Of a stretch of 44,255 nt of DNA, positions 1 to 8,967 are shown piece by piece. Position 1 is the first letter of the stretch. Every line of letters begins with the position of its first letter. Under the pieces are notes generated by a model. It had not been told where the DNA came from. It did not search any database and saw nothing but the letters and a program-made list of their open reading frames with translations. Source of the DNA: a virus (taxonomy: Duplodnaviria; Heunggongvirae; Uroviricota; Caudoviricetes); IMG/VR virus record IMGVR_UViG_2690316062_000005; one strand, written 5' to 3'. A program made the translations under genes and the position numbers.

Positions 1-1194
1 ATGATCACCGACACAAAGCTCAGGAAGGCGCTCGGCAAGAAAAGAGATGATATCGAGATTATTTCTGATTCGCACGGGCTCAACGCCAGAATCAGCCAGG
101 CCGGAAAAATATCATTTTTCTATCGGTATCGCTGGGCCGGTAAAGCGGTAAAACTCAATGTTGGTGATTATCCTGCAATGAGTATCACCCAGGCAAGAGA
201 GCGTCGCCAACAATTCAGAAACTGGTTAACTGAGGGACTGGATCCGCGAGAGCAGGTGAAGCTGGATAAGCAGACCCGACAGGAAGCGATATCCGTTGCC
301 GAAGCGTTCAATTACTGGATTGAAAGGCACTGTATCGCTAACGGGCTAGTTAAAGTCGATTACTATCGCCAGGTGTTTGAGAAACATATCGCCGAACCGA
401 TGAAGAATGTCAAAGTCGATAACACAGCGAAAATGCACTGGATCAACGTCTTCGATTCTATAGAAAGCAGGGTGATGGCTCATTACATGCTTTCGCTGTG
501 CAAACGGGCGTTTAGGTTCTGCGTTAACAGAAGTGTGATCGCCTCAAACCCACTCGAGGGATTACTGCCATCTGATGTCGGGCAAAAGCCTAAAAAGAGA
601 ACTCGCAGGATGGACGATGACGATCTGCGCAAAATCTATCAGTGGTTGAAAAGCCATATGTCGATAGAGTCCGTTTTCCTGGTGAAATTTATTATGCTTA
701 CCGGATGCCGTACGGCTGAGATTCGACTTAGTGAGAGATCATGGTTTCGATTGGATGATAATGAGTGGGTCGTGCCTGCGGGCAGTTATAAAACTCGGGT
801 ACATATTAGAAGGGGACTCTCAGACGCCGCCGTTAACCTGGTCAGAAATCACCTCAAGAAAATAAACACCAATCACCTGGTGACTTCACAACGTAAAATT
901 GATGGCGGGATCAAAGATTCGCCCGTTCATTCACCTGTGGCATCCAATTACGCCCGTTCTATTTGGAATGGAACAGGTATGGCAGAGTGGTCGCTTCATG
1001 ATATGAGGCGGACGATAGCCACAAATCTCTCTGAGTTAGGTTGCCCGCCGCACGTAATTGAAAAGCTGCTCGGGCATCAGATGGTGGGGGTTATGGCGCA
1101 TTACAACCTTCATGACTATATCGATGATCAGAAACACTGGCTCCGCGTTTGGCAGAGCCATCTTGAAGAGATCATCGGAGAGCCCTTCAGTTAA
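1..1194 (+). CDS. int: Tyrosine recombinase / phage integrase, P4-like family
   Basis: 397 aa; N-terminus [10 protein letters not shown]...YRYRW typical of the P4-type arm-binding domain; C-terminal catalytic region with HDMRRT and HYNLHDY (candidate catalytic Tyr). Confidence 0.85.
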   Translation: MITDTKLRKALGKKRDDIEIISDSHGLNARISQAGKISFFYRYRWAGKAVKLNVGDYPAMSITQARERRQQFRNWLTEGLDPREQVKLDKQTRQEAISVAEAFNYWIERHCIANGLVKVDYYRQVFEKHIAEPMKNVKVDNTAKMHWINVFDSIESRVMAHYMLSLCKRAFRFCVNRSVIASNPLEGLLPSDVGQKPKKRTRRMDDDDLRKIYQWLKSHMSIESVFLVKFIMLTGCRTAEIRLSERSWFRLDDNEWVVPAGSYKTRVHIRRGLSDAAVNLVRNHLKKINTNHLVTSQRKIDGGIKDSPVHSPVASNYARSIWNGTGMAEWSLHDMRRTIATNLSELGCPPHVIEKLLGHQMVGVMAHYNLHDYIDDQKHWLRVWQSHLEEIIGEPFS

Positions 1195-1433
1195 TTTATC
1201 TTCTTTTTATCCTCCCACTCTTTGATTGACTCAGAGCGCCAGCGGTTAGGGTTGCCGGGCCAGTCAGGGGGTGGGAACGGGCATACGAAGCCCCGAGGCA
1301 TTGTGTCTGCACTTTGCCATGACCAAAGGGTTTTGCGTGAAATTTTGTAGCGACTGGTCAGGTCTGACGTTACCAAAATATCATCCATAGCTCTCTCCAG
1401 TTGCCCGTTCGGGCCATTCAAAATCTTTTTCAA
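1191..1433 (-). CDS. AlpA-like excisionase / DNA-binding regulator
   Basis: 80 aa; overlaps int stop; HTH-like segment SRKTLWSW followed by FPPP...W...IKEW resembles AlpA/Xis-family small DNA-binding proteins. Confidence 0.5.
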   Translation of the reverse strand: MKKILNGPNGQLERAMDDILVTSDLTSRYKISRKTLWSWQSADTMPRGFVCPFPPPDWPGNPNRWRSESIKEWEDKKKIN

Positions 1434-1672
1434 CCAATCTGCCCGGGCAGGGAGCGGAGACGGCGCATGCCGGTCATCGCTGTGGCCACGTAGCTCGCCT
1501 TTCGGTTCACCACCTCCACCCAGACTTTCACGCCTTCAACCTTCACCGTATAAGTCTCTTTCATCTTGCTTCGCCCATAGTCGCCATATGTTTGCAAGTG
1601 AGCTGCCAGCGCGATGTCGCATGCTTGGCGAGCTAAAGGTGATTGCTTACTTCCTCGATTGATCAGTCGCAT
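1430..1672 (-). CDS. Hypothetical small protein
   Basis: 80-aa ORF with AAGGAG-like RBS about 6 nt upstream of the ATG; 4-nt overlap with the downstream excisionase-like gene. Confidence 0.4.
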   Translation of the reverse strand: MRLINRGSKQSPLARQACDIALAAHLQTYGDYGRSKMKETYTVKVEGVKVWVEVVNRKASYVATAMTGMRRLRSLPGQIG

Positions 1673-1710
1673 ATAATCTCCTTGAGGGAGGGTTACCCCT
1701 CCCGGTCTCG

Positions 1711-2829
1711 TCAGGCCACGTATTCCGGTTTCATATCCGCCAGGGTGATGCTGAATTGATCGTGCAGTTCATCGCCTAAGTGACGCTTTGAAGATGCAAG
1801 CATGCGCTCGGCTTCAGCGAACCGTTCGGCTGCATGCGGCTCGTCGGGCTGGGGCAGGGATTTAATAGCCTCCTCAACCTTGTTGCGTGCATCCACTAGG
1901 TAATAACGCTTTACGGCTTTGTTTTTCAGCTCGGTGAATAGTGCGGATCCCAGCGTAGCTTTCGCCGTTTCAATGTCGGCACGCAGCGATTTGGCGCTAT
2001 CCACGTCCTGAGCAGATTCGATGCGTTCGCGGAAATCATCGGCAAGAGAGTCGACATTTACCGACGATTCCTGTGCGCTTTGCGTGGTTGTGACGGTGTC
2101 ACCTGAGATATCAGCCAGGCTAACGCGTTGCGGCGTTGGGTTGATCTCTTTTTCTGTGCGCTGTTCAATCTCATCAGGGGTGTACACACCAAGAACAACT
2201 GCAGGGCAATATAGGCGCGCCCAGTATTTGAGTGCCAGATAAGCGATCTGCTGTTTCGGGTTTGATACCCAAAGTGGAGAATTACGTGTGATTACGCTGG
2301 AGAGGAAAACAGGCTCTCCCCAGGTGATATCACTTTCACCGCGAATAACGGCACCTACCCGTACCGACAGTCCTTGTTCATCAGCACTTTCCCAACCGCG
2401 TACCATTTCTTTCTTGTCGTACGTCCCGCCACCTTTCGCAGGCTTTTTAACGGTTATCTCGCGGCTGCTGGCACATTTCGACCAGTCGCCCTCGTACTCA
2501 TAGTGAAAGCGGCCAACGATGGCGTTTGAGCTGGAGATCACCGCATTAACCAGTTGCGCTTCGTATCCCAGGACACCGTTAACCAGGTGCGTCTTTTGCG
2601 CCACGGCGTAAGGGTTCATACCCCACTGCATCGCCTGCATGATGATGGCCATGCAGTCTGCCGGATTGCCGCGGAGGTGCTCAGGCACCGTTACGGCTGC
2701 CTGTGCCATCAACCCGGCGACAGACTGAAGCTGGGTTAAAGCCTGCACGTTGAAAATGGCATTGCTGGCTGAGATCGTGTTTGGAGTCTGCTGTTCAGCG
2801 GTTACGATATTCGTGTTTTCCATCATCAT
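1711..2829 (-). CDS. recT: RecT-family single-strand annealing recombinase
   Basis: 372 aa; central region (MQAMQWGMNPY...LGYEAQL...KYWARLY) characteristic of RecT/Bet-type annealing proteins; immediately downstream of a RecE-like exonuclease. Confidence 0.75.
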   Translation of the reverse strand: MMMENTNIVTAEQQTPNTISASNAIFNVQALTQLQSVAGLMAQAAVTVPEHLRGNPADCMAIIMQAMQWGMNPYAVAQKTHLVNGVLGYEAQLVNAVISSSNAIVGRFHYEYEGDWSKCASSREITVKKPAKGGGTYDKKEMVRGWESADEQGLSVRVGAVIRGESDITWGEPVFLSSVITRNSPLWVSNPKQQIAYLALKYWARLYCPAVVLGVYTPDEIEQRTEKEINPTPQRVSLADISGDTVTTTQSAQESSVNVDSLADDFRERIESAQDVDSAKSLRADIETAKATLGSALFTELKNKAVKRYYLVDARNKVEEAIKSLPQPDEPHAAERFAEAERMLASSKRHLGDELHDQFSITLADMKPEYVA

Positions 2830-2834
2830 TCCCC

Positions 2835-5800
2835 TTATGCCTGAGTACGCAGCGCTTCAAGGCGGCGCAGGTCGAAGTCGTTCAGTTCGTCGGTGTAGTC
2901 AGCAGTGATTGGCGCTGGCCATTCACCTGTGTCGAATCCGGTTGCGATATTGCGCATCGCTTTGCGGTACTCGAGCATACCCAGCTCCAGTAGTTCAGCG
3001 GATGCCTCGATGATGGCGATCCAGTGGTAGTTCTCGTCTTTGTTGACGAAAATCCAGAAGAACTGATCCAGCGCTGCGGTTTCGCAGTACATAGCCGCGC
3101 TCAGGTGATAATCACGTTCAATAATTTCCCGGTGTAGCCTGGCGCGCAGGCTTTCCTGCTTAACATTCCACATGCTGATGGTTTTCAGGTCTGCACCTAT
3201 ACGCACGCCATCCAGGTCGATCTCAAGGTCAGGGCGCACACGAACTTCCAAGCCCGTCTCCTCGTCAAAACCAAAGTAGCTCACCTCAACGGCTCGGCTA
3301 GGGTGGGTCAGCAGCATGCCGGCGGTCGGGTGTGCCAGAAGCGCTTTTTGAATATTCAGCGCGGTGCTCAGCTGCTGGCGGGTGACCAGCACTTTTCCTT
3401 CCGGGTTATCGCGCCAGGCATCCAGCAGTTCGTCGGCAAATACGGCATCTGGTTTGACTGCCTTCACGGCCTGGATCATGTCTGCTTTGGTACCGGACAC
3501 TTTCAGTGGTGCCGGTTTCTGTGCTTCCTGAGCCACAAGGTCAGGGTTGATGATTGCCAACTGCTCCAGCAGCGCGTCACGGCTGCCGCTGGTTTTAACC
3601 GGCGGCGGCAGGGTGGCGTTGTACTCTTTAATGCATGCCTTCATTGCCGTCGCCGTCTGCTTCTGGTCACCATCAATACGCTGGAAGTCAGCTGGCAGCG
3701 CCATATAGTTCTGTGCCGTTTCTTCCAGGTTAGCGCCAAGCGGAACCTGCGGCGGCAGGGTGGCGTTGTACTCTTCCAGTAACACCTTGATGTCGTCGGC
3801 AGACAGCAGCGCCGGCAGGCTGGCATTGTGCTCATCGATAAAGGCGCGCAGGGTCGCGGCCGTTGTGAATGCGCCTTCAGGGATCACCGGTTCAACGCTG
3901 AATTCTGCGTCCAGTAGTTCAGGCTGCAACGCCAGCGCATGCACCAAGTTGCCCATGTCCAGCACCGCTGAGCGCTCTTTGACGATGGTTTTCTCTACGT
4001 GGCGCGCATTGAAGTACATCAGCGAAACGCGCGCATCTTTCACCTGGGTTGAGCTGATGCCGTTGGCGGCGTGGTAAACCTCGTTTGGCAGCCCTTCATA
4101 GCGGCCTGGCTCGAAATAAGCGGGATAAACAACAGCTGGTTCGTCAGATTGCGCTTCTGGCTCGGTTTGTGCTGCAACTGGTTCGGTTTGGCTTACAGAA
4201 TCGCTATTTTTGGCGACAGAATCCGTATTCTGGTCTACATCGTCCTTCTGGCTGGTATCTGACTCTTCACCAGACTCCAGACTGCTTTCGCCTGGCTGTA
4301 CTTCATCACCAGCTTGTTTTTCATCACTGACAGTTTCTTGAACCTGCACATTGCTGGTGGTCTCCGTAGCCTTTTTCGTGCCATGAGTTGCTGAGTTCTG
4401 CAGCAAAGCCGTAACGTCGAATATTCCGTTGCCGACATTTTTAACCAGTTCTTGTTCGACTTTCTGCGGTTGTGCTGCCGCTTCCTCTGCGCGGCGGCGT
4501 GCTCCTTCTTCACGCACGCGTTGCAGGTTCTCTTCGTGAGTGCAGAAGGATTTGCGCGGAGACTCCTTACCTTCAGGTTGGGGAATTTCCTGTGCTGCGG
4601 GTTCAGCCTCATGCAACGGCAATAACTCGACCGCGGAATTGAACGCGGCTGTCATGGTCTGGTTAACAAATTCCAGGTGAGCGACAGGAGTTAAATGAAT
4701 ATTTTCCGGTGCGATACGTACCAGGTTAAAAATAGCCGTGCGGTTAACACCCAGAACGCCTGGCTGATTGCGCAGGATGTTGCTCCATGATTTCCATGGT
4801 TCTTCTTTTTTGGTCACGATTTCTTTAGCGCGACGAAGAATGCTGCCCGGGATCTCGAAGTGGTTGAAGTCCATAGGCAGAAGGGCACACGCAATCTCTA
4901 AATCGAGAGTGTCCAGTGTGTGGTGTGCGTCAGGTCCACGGTCAGTGACGTAACCGCCGTCGGCATTAGTGCCGGAATCAGTACGCTGCACACTACTGAT
5001 GCGATTACCGGCGGCCCATTCGCGAACGAGGATACCGCGGTCGATGTGATCTGTAGCGAACCACAATTTCAAAAACTGGATTAAGGTTGCGAGTTCAGGG
5101 ATTTTTCCATCGACAGGGAAGACTTTCTTAACGGCATTCACGACTTTATGAATATCGTGCTCAATGGCTTTTTTGAATGCTTCCACATTCTCAGCTGCCA
5201 GCAGCAGGTTCTGGACGTACGCGTCATCGGTGTCCATCTCAAGGCGGACAATCTCATTTTTCTGCCCTGCGTCGATGTGATAGAGATATTCACCATCACC
5301 GATGAACTGAGCCAGTACGCGCTGGCGGAATGGCAGGGTGGCAACAACGATCAGGTTCGGTTGCTGTGTCTGCTGGGATTGCTCTTCGGTATCGACTTCA
5401 CCATCAACGACGCCACCTTCTGCCCGGCCGTTCTCGTCGGTCTGGATACCGTCCTCAACAGTGAGATCTTGACCCGTTGTAACGTCAGCAGCGTTGCTGG
5501 TTTCAGTTTTGAGCAACTGCAACTTACCACTGCGCCAGTCTTCTACCAGTTGATTGCGGTCACCGGCATCGGTGTTCACCCAGTCAGACATGAATGCAGC
5601 GATCAATCTTGGTTCGTGCTCTTCGTCTGGTGTGAAAATGTCCTTAACCGCCCGAATCATTTTCCACTCAGCATTCAGGCTGAGTTTGGCGGTCGCGGGC
5701 ACATCGTTCCTTGCCACAAGCAGGCTATGGAGATATGTATTGCCTTCATCCAGTGACATTTCGCTGGCAGCCAACTGCTGCTCTTTAGTGACGTGGGTTT

Positions 5801-6224
5801 GGTATTTATCGTTCATCAGATGGACGGCAAAGCGGACCGCTGGAGTACGGTTTTCAACCGGGACAATTTCGGACGCAGTCGCATCTTCAACGATTACGGT
5901 CGGAGTAGGTGTGTAGGGGGCGTCAACGGAACCAGTAGACACACCAGCGGCTTTTGGCAGCCAGGTGCGCCCATCGTCCTGAAGCTCGTAGCGATCACAC
6001 CAGGTAAAATCAACTTCACCTTCTTTCGGCAGGCCGTCGACAACTGGGAAATCAGTGCGAATCGGTTTGGCGTAGTCCTTACCCCGACCTGTTTCGATAC
6101 CTGCATCTTCCAGCGCAACATCCAGCATCAGATTGGCGCGAGCCTCGGTTTTAGCAGTGAACCAGACCACTGCATCTTGCTTTCCGGATTTCTGAGTGGC
6201 TTTAACCACATTAAAGAATTCCAT
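2835..6224 (-). CDS. recE: Exodeoxyribonuclease VIII (RecE-like) with C-terminal PD-(D/E)XK nuclease domain
   Basis: 1129-aa ORF; GAGGA RBS upstream; long acidic/low-complexity N-terminal region and conserved C-terminal nuclease region; paired with recT as in Rac-type prophages. Confidence 0.7.
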   Translation of the reverse strand: MEFFNVVKATQKSGKQDAVVWFTAKTEARANLMLDVALEDAGIETGRGKDYAKPIRTDFPVVDGLPKEGEVDFTWCDRYELQDDGRTWLPKAAGVSTGSVDAPYTPTPTVIVEDATASEIVPVENRTPAVRFAVHLMNDKYQTHVTKEQQLAASEMSLDEGNTYLHSLLVARNDVPATAKLSLNAEWKMIRAVKDIFTPDEEHEPRLIAAFMSDWVNTDAGDRNQLVEDWRSGKLQLLKTETSNAADVTTGQDLTVEDGIQTDENGRAEGGVVDGEVDTEEQSQQTQQPNLIVVATLPFRQRVLAQFIGDGEYLYHIDAGQKNEIVRLEMDTDDAYVQNLLLAAENVEAFKKAIEHDIHKVVNAVKKVFPVDGKIPELATLIQFLKLWFATDHIDRGILVREWAAGNRISSVQRTDSGTNADGGYVTDRGPDAHHTLDTLDLEIACALLPMDFNHFEIPGSILRRAKEIVTKKEEPWKSWSNILRNQPGVLGVNRTAIFNLVRIAPENIHLTPVAHLEFVNQTMTAAFNSAVELLPLHEAEPAAQEIPQPEGKESPRKSFCTHEENLQRVREEGARRRAEEAAAQPQKVEQELVKNVGNGIFDVTALLQNSATHGTKKATETTSNVQVQETVSDEKQAGDEVQPGESSLESGEESDTSQKDDVDQNTDSVAKNSDSVSQTEPVAAQTEPEAQSDEPAVVYPAYFEPGRYEGLPNEVYHAANGISSTQVKDARVSLMYFNARHVEKTIVKERSAVLDMGNLVHALALQPELLDAEFSVEPVIPEGAFTTAATLRAFIDEHNASLPALLSADDIKVLLEEYNATLPPQVPLGANLEETAQNYMALPADFQRIDGDQKQTATAMKACIKEYNATLPPPVKTSGSRDALLEQLAIINPDLVAQEAQKPAPLKVSGTKADMIQAVKAVKPDAVFADELLDAWRDNPEGKVLVTRQQLSTALNIQKALLAHPTAGMLLTHPSRAVEVSYFGFDEETGLEVRVRPDLEIDLDGVRIGADLKTISMWNVKQESLRARLHREIIERDYHLSAAMYCETAALDQFFWIFVNKDENYHWIAIIEASAELLELGMLEYRKAMRNIATGFDTGEWPAPITADYTDELNDFDLRRLEALRTQA

Positions 6225-6363
6225 GTGAGATCCTCATTTTTGGGTGTTAGAATCCCCGGACCATTGATAGCGCCCATTGGGTTAACTTTGGTTTTAATGT
6301 TGTTTCCGGTGTAACTTTGGTCGGTACCACCGGACGTAGATCCCGCCTTGCGCGGGTTTTACG

Positions 6364-6525
6364 TTAGCCTTCGTGAGCCATCTGGTCGTGCGAAGCGCAA
6401 CGTTTGGAGCAATACTCTTTTTCTTTGCGCGCCAGCTGTGAGCCGTTGCGATAGAGAAGGGTGCTCTTGATTACTTCCTCCGTTTTAACCGGCTTGCCGC
6501 AATATCCGCATTTCTTGTCTAACAT
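6364..6525 (-). CDS. Small zinc-ribbon protein (53 aa), not in the supplied ORF track
   Basis: Hand translation MLDKKCGYCGKPVKTEEVIKSTLLYRNGSQLARKEKEYCSKRCASHDQMAHEG; CxxC ... CxxRC; strong GGAGGA RBS 6 nt upstream of ATG, directly after the stop of the upstream ORF. Confidence 0.45.
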   Translation of the reverse strand: MLDKKCGYCGKPVKTEEVIKSTLLYRNGSQLARKEKEYCSKRCASHDQMAHEG

Positions 6526-6536
6526 GACATCCTCCG

Positions 6537-6902
6537 CTAGTGGCTGAGTCCATGCCCCAGACCGTTCAGATAAACTTCAACCAGCAAATCCCTGGTGTAA
6601 GTCATCTCAACGCCGCGATGCAGATACAAACGACCACGAGCATTAGCTGATGCCGTCCAGGTTGAATCCTTGTGTTTGACGAGCATTCCAGGCTGAACTG
6701 CGCCGCGGTTTACCGTCTGTGTACCGTAGTGCTGATGAACCATGATGTTCTCCACTATTGCTGAGTGAACTTCGCTGGTGGTGCCGTGACGCTGATCTTC
6801 ACAGTTGAGCGTTTTAACTCTGCAGTTCACCACCGCGAAACCCACTCTTATGTGCCTGTCTTTTATCCACTTCAGGCTCGGTGGTATGCTGGTAGTTCTC
6901 AC
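6537..6902 (-). CDS. Hypothetical protein (GTG start)
   Basis: 121-aa ORF; start codon is GTG with no clear RBS; its stop abuts the RBS of the zinc-ribbon ORF. Composition unremarkable; weak support. Confidence 0.3.
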   Translation of the reverse strand: MRTTSIPPSLKWIKDRHIRVGFAVVNCRVKTLNCEDQRHGTTSEVHSAIVENIMVHQHYGTQTVNRGAVQPGMLVKHKDSTWTASANARGRLYLHRGVEMTYTRDLLVEVYLNGLGHGLSH

Positions 6903-6922
6903 ACAGCCAGCAAGGAATAACT

Positions 6923-7216
6923 ATGAAATCAGTAACTAAGCCATGTCCTATTTGTGGTGAAGATTCTTTGTCTTTTAACCAGACAAATCAGTTGGTTAAC
7001 ATCAAAGTAAAACCACCAACTATTCGTGAAGTTCCATCAGTGGTTTACGTTTGCGATACTCACGGATGGTTTTCACTTTCAGAACAGATAAACAGACTCG
7101 TCACATCTAATGACGACCCTGCGGCTAAGCAAAAACTGGCTGTTATTGTCAAAGAGCGATATGTGCCGGAACAGGATCAGCCGTTAGCCCTGAAACCTAT
7201 TGAGTCGCTCGCATAA
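6923..7216 (+). CDS. Small zinc-finger protein (YgiT/MqsA-type zinc-ribbon-like)
   Basis: 97 aa; AAGGA RBS 8 nt upstream; CPICG...(about 30 aa)...CDTHG arrangement; on opposite strand to the surrounding leftward early operon. Confidence 0.45.
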   Translation: MKSVTKPCPICGEDSLSFNQTNQLVNIKVKPPTIREVPSVVYVCDTHGWFSLSEQINRLVTSNDDPAAKQKLAVIVKERYVPEQDQPLALKPIESLA

Positions 7217-7466
7217 GGTCTTTTCGGCTCTCGCTGCGATATCCCAGGCGGTACATTTTCACGTAGGCTTTGCCGCGAGGAATGCCGCCTGTTTTGTTGA
7301 ATCTCTGCTGGGCGCGGCGATGGTGTTTTGCTTCAGGGCTGTTTGAACCTTTCCCGCCATTCGATCGAGAACTTGGGAGTTGCATTGGCTTTTGGCGTGA
7401 ATAGAATTTACGTGCCCAGCATGCTCCAAAGCCGATCATGCCTGTTTTCTTCGTATTACCTTTCAT
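7197..7466 (-). CDS. Small basic protein; candidate N-like antiterminator (first gene downstream of putative pL)
   Basis: 89 aa, rich in Arg/Lys; first ORF transcribed leftward from the putative pL; assignment is by position and composition only. Confidence 0.3.
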   Translation of the reverse strand: MKGNTKKTGMIGFGACWARKFYSRQKPMQLPSSRSNGGKGSNSPEAKHHRRAQQRFNKTGGIPRGKAYVKMYRLGYRSESRKDLMRATQ

Positions 7467-7537
7467 CTCAATCCCCTCGTTTGCCCTTGTCGCCAGGCCA
7501 GCGGAACGTTTGAACTTGATGCGCTTAGTGTTTCTCG

Positions 7538-7590
7538 ATGGGGTGATGATAGCTAAGGCGATTTATTTTATCAATCGCTTAAACGATAAT
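7538..7590 (-). promoter_or_regulatory. Putative pL: -35 TTGATA / -10 TATCAT (minus strand, 17-bp spacer) with overlapping operator-like site
   Basis: Minus-strand hexamers at 7569-7574 and 7546-7551; ATCGCTTAAACGAT (7574-7587) resembles the ATCGC-N4-GCGAT operators at the cI/cro switch. Confidence 0.3.
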
Positions 7591-7911
7591 ATTGTGATTT
7601 TGCCGATTATTATTTGATTTATAAAGTGATTTATTTTTGTATGAGATGCGTGATATGCTCAAAAAAACACCAGGCGGGGATATTGATATGGGTTTAGGAA
7701 TGGATATGTCACGTGATGAGCTGCTGGAAGATCGCGCTGCTTTCATGGCTGGCGAGATTGGCGGTGCAGTTGTCGAGTAGATAATCAACGGTGTGGTGAT
7801 AAGTCGAGATGCGATAGTAGATAGCTTGGAGACTAAGCGTCGCGCGGTTGGAAATGTGATTCACAAAGGAGTGTTGTGGGATGTCACTGCTATGGTGAGA
7901 AAAGGAATATG

Positions 7912-7930
7912 AAAACCGGCATAATGCCGG
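7912..7930 (-). terminator. Intrinsic terminator ending the cI immunity operon
   Basis: CCGGC-ATAAT-GCCGG hairpin (7916-7930) directly after the stop of the 210-aa gene, followed on the minus strand by a U-run (AAAA at 7912-7915 on plus). Confidence 0.5.
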
Positions 7931-7931
7931 T

Positions 7932-8564
7932 TTACTTTGATTTTTCCTGTTGGTGAAGTACTCGTGGAGTAGTTGGTTCTTGAGGTAATTGGATGATAAC
8001 AGGTTGCTGCGCTACTGGTTGAACTACGGGCGGATCACTCTTCAAGGCAGAAACAAGACTAGGTAATGCAACGACAACCGCAATGATAACGCCAAAAATA
8101 GCAAGCCTAGTGGAAATACCTGATTGAATACCGCCAATCGCAGTGTTTATTCCTGTAATTTGCCCTTGTATACCTTCGAATTTGCCATTGATGGCTTTTA
8201 CATCCCCATCAACGCTATCCATTTTCCCTTCAATTTTAGAAGAAATAGAGCTAATAGATGAATTGAGCGATGCCAGCTGAACGTTCATATTCTCGCGTGA
8301 CAAAGCCATTTCAGCTCTAATCGAAGATGCAATGGACTCCATCTCCGCCTTATTGGCAGCTAGAAGTGCTTGCATTTCTTCACGGCTAACTGATGACATT
8401 TCATTTCCCCCATCAGTTTCATTAGCTTCATCTGTTGATTTGATAAAGTTAGTATACATTTCTTCTTTATCGACGCGTAGTCTGTTTTGAACATTGGGGT
8501 ACAGGTCATCTTTATCAATGCCAGAACCGCAGTCTGGGACAGCTTTGAGAGATGGGCCCATCAC
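7932..8564 (-). CDS. Coiled-coil protein with C-terminal transmembrane anchor (unknown function)
   Basis: 210 aa; strong AAGGAG RBS; helical repeat-rich middle; hydrophobic segment LAIFGVIIAVVVALPSLVSAL near C-terminus then Pro/Gln-rich tail; start overlaps stop of upstream gene. Confidence 0.6.
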   Translation of the reverse strand: MMGPSLKAVPDCGSGIDKDDLYPNVQNRLRVDKEEMYTNFIKSTDEANETDGGNEMSSVSREEMQALLAANKAEMESIASSIRAEMALSRENMNVQLASLNSSISSISSKIEGKMDSVDGDVKAINGKFEGIQGQITGINTAIGGIQSGISTRLAIFGVIIAVVVALPSLVSALKSDPPVVQPVAQQPVIIQLPQEPTTPRVLHQQEKSK

Positions 8565-8923
8565 TTCCCATCCTCTCCTTGATCTTCTTTTCTTTTATTA
8601 ATCAGTGTCCTGGCTTTTTTATAAGAAAAAAGCAGTACATGTGCGCAGTGATCACACGTGATTCGAAATAGTGGCATACCGCCAGGATATGTCACAGCAC
8701 TATCAGTATCAGGTTTGTATTGTGCATAACTAAGTGTTTCGATCACATGATGTTTTGGCTGATTTTCTTCTACATCAAGATCAAAGGCACCAACTACAGA
8801 CCATGACTGGTTCCCGCAGATTTGGCAAGTTATTGGTTTTTTGAATGAATTTATGAAATCAATGAACTCATCCGCTGTGATAATCTCGGAGTTTGCTTCA
8901 CTATGAAATAATTCCGATTTCAT
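8561..8923 (-). CDS. Zinc-ribbon protein (unknown function)
   Basis: Start moved to internal ATG (MKSELFH...) with AAGGA RBS; CQIC ... CDHC pair; 120 aa; 44 bp downstream of cI on the same strand. Confidence 0.55.
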   Translation of the reverse strand: MKSELFHSEANSEIITADEFIDFINSFKKPITCQICGNQSWSVVGAFDLDVEENQPKHHVIETLSYAQYKPDTDSAVTYPGGMPLFRITCDHCAHVLLFSYKKARTLINKRKEDQGEDGK

Positions 8924-8967
8924 AATTATGATCCTTTTCTGGGCCAAAGTAGATAAAAAGTACAGTT

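Noticed and set aside
3303-6314. Multiple plus-strand ORFs (60-200 aa) inside the recE region
   Set aside because: All lie antisense within the long, well-supported recE reading frame; no RBS context; low-complexity or odd composition typical of shadow ORFs.
7579-7788. 69-aa minus-strand ORF in the AT-rich pL interval
   Set aside because: Ser-rich low-complexity translation, no RBS; it overlaps the likely promoter/operator DNA.
7932-8947. Calling the cI-downstream gene pair rexA/rexB or sieB
   Set aside because: Sizes and topology (zinc ribbon; single-TM coiled-coil protein) do not match RexA (about 279 aa), RexB (4-TM) or SieB as I recall them; kept as an unnamed candidate system instead.
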